A stretch of 62,845 bases of DNA, filler included, from Choristocarpus tenellus KU-1152 (lineage: Eukaryota; Protista; Phaeophyceae), in NCBI GenBank assembly GCA_964200185.2. It is 8 parts of 8 records of this genome, joined end to end, with 100 filler letters (N's around TTAATTAATTAA, not from the genome) between each part and the next. Parts side by side here need not be neighbours in the genome. Positions count along the whole stretch, not along the records: positions 53,661 to 62,845 come from CAXNAD020003900.1; 7 more parts are not named here. The stretch is one strand, 5' to 3'. Position numbers and translations under genes: made by a program. The notes under the pieces are model-generated. The model was not told where the DNA came from. It made no database searches and saw only the letters and a list, made by a program, of their open reading frames with translations. How positions within the stretch are numbered: position 1 is the first letter of the stretch; each line of letters starts with the position of its first letter. Shown piece after piece: positions 62,775-62,845 of this stretch.

Positions 62775-62845
62775 GGGTCAAAGTATCTGGGGGGGGGGTG
62801 GCGGCTGTCCATTTGGGGCCAATTTTTTCATATCGCGATTTTTGG
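62775..62845 (+). mobile_element. Family B MITE 5' part (window ends inside it)
   Basis: GGGTCAAAGTATCTG(G)nTGGCGGCTGTCCATTTGGGGCCAATTTTTTCAT; left flank TTCT. Confidence 0.88.

Overview
Eukaryotic, intron-rich, repeat-dense nuclear DNA. Long GT-AG introns, intronic TTAGGG runs and the gene sequences suggest a stramenopile/brown-alga-like organism (inference). The window is eight contigs joined by seven artificial 100-nt linkers (N44-TTAATTAATTAA-N44), so adjacency across linkers is unproven. Recognisable genes are the last four exons of a UDP-glucose 6-dehydrogenase (+), the first three exons of a class I histone deacetylase (-), a terminal exon with a thioredoxin-like fold lacking CxxC, a possible low-complexity gene at about 7-9.7 kb, and one tRNA-Asn(GTT). 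The rest is mostly decayed mobile DNA (Ty3/gypsy RT, integrase and chromodomain relics, possible tyrosine-recombinase relics) plus minisatellites. The most striking structure is two short non-coding mobile families, both with 4-bp target-site duplications (TSDs). Family A (about 300-470 bp, TGTTACA...TGTAACA ends, 8 copies) has modular interiors and a conserved outward-facing splice donor, and six copies cluster 3' of the tRNA. Family B (about 180 bp, G/C-tract TIRs, 8 full or partial copies) sits at many contig ends. At 58174-59273 the two families form a triple nest with all three TSDs intact.
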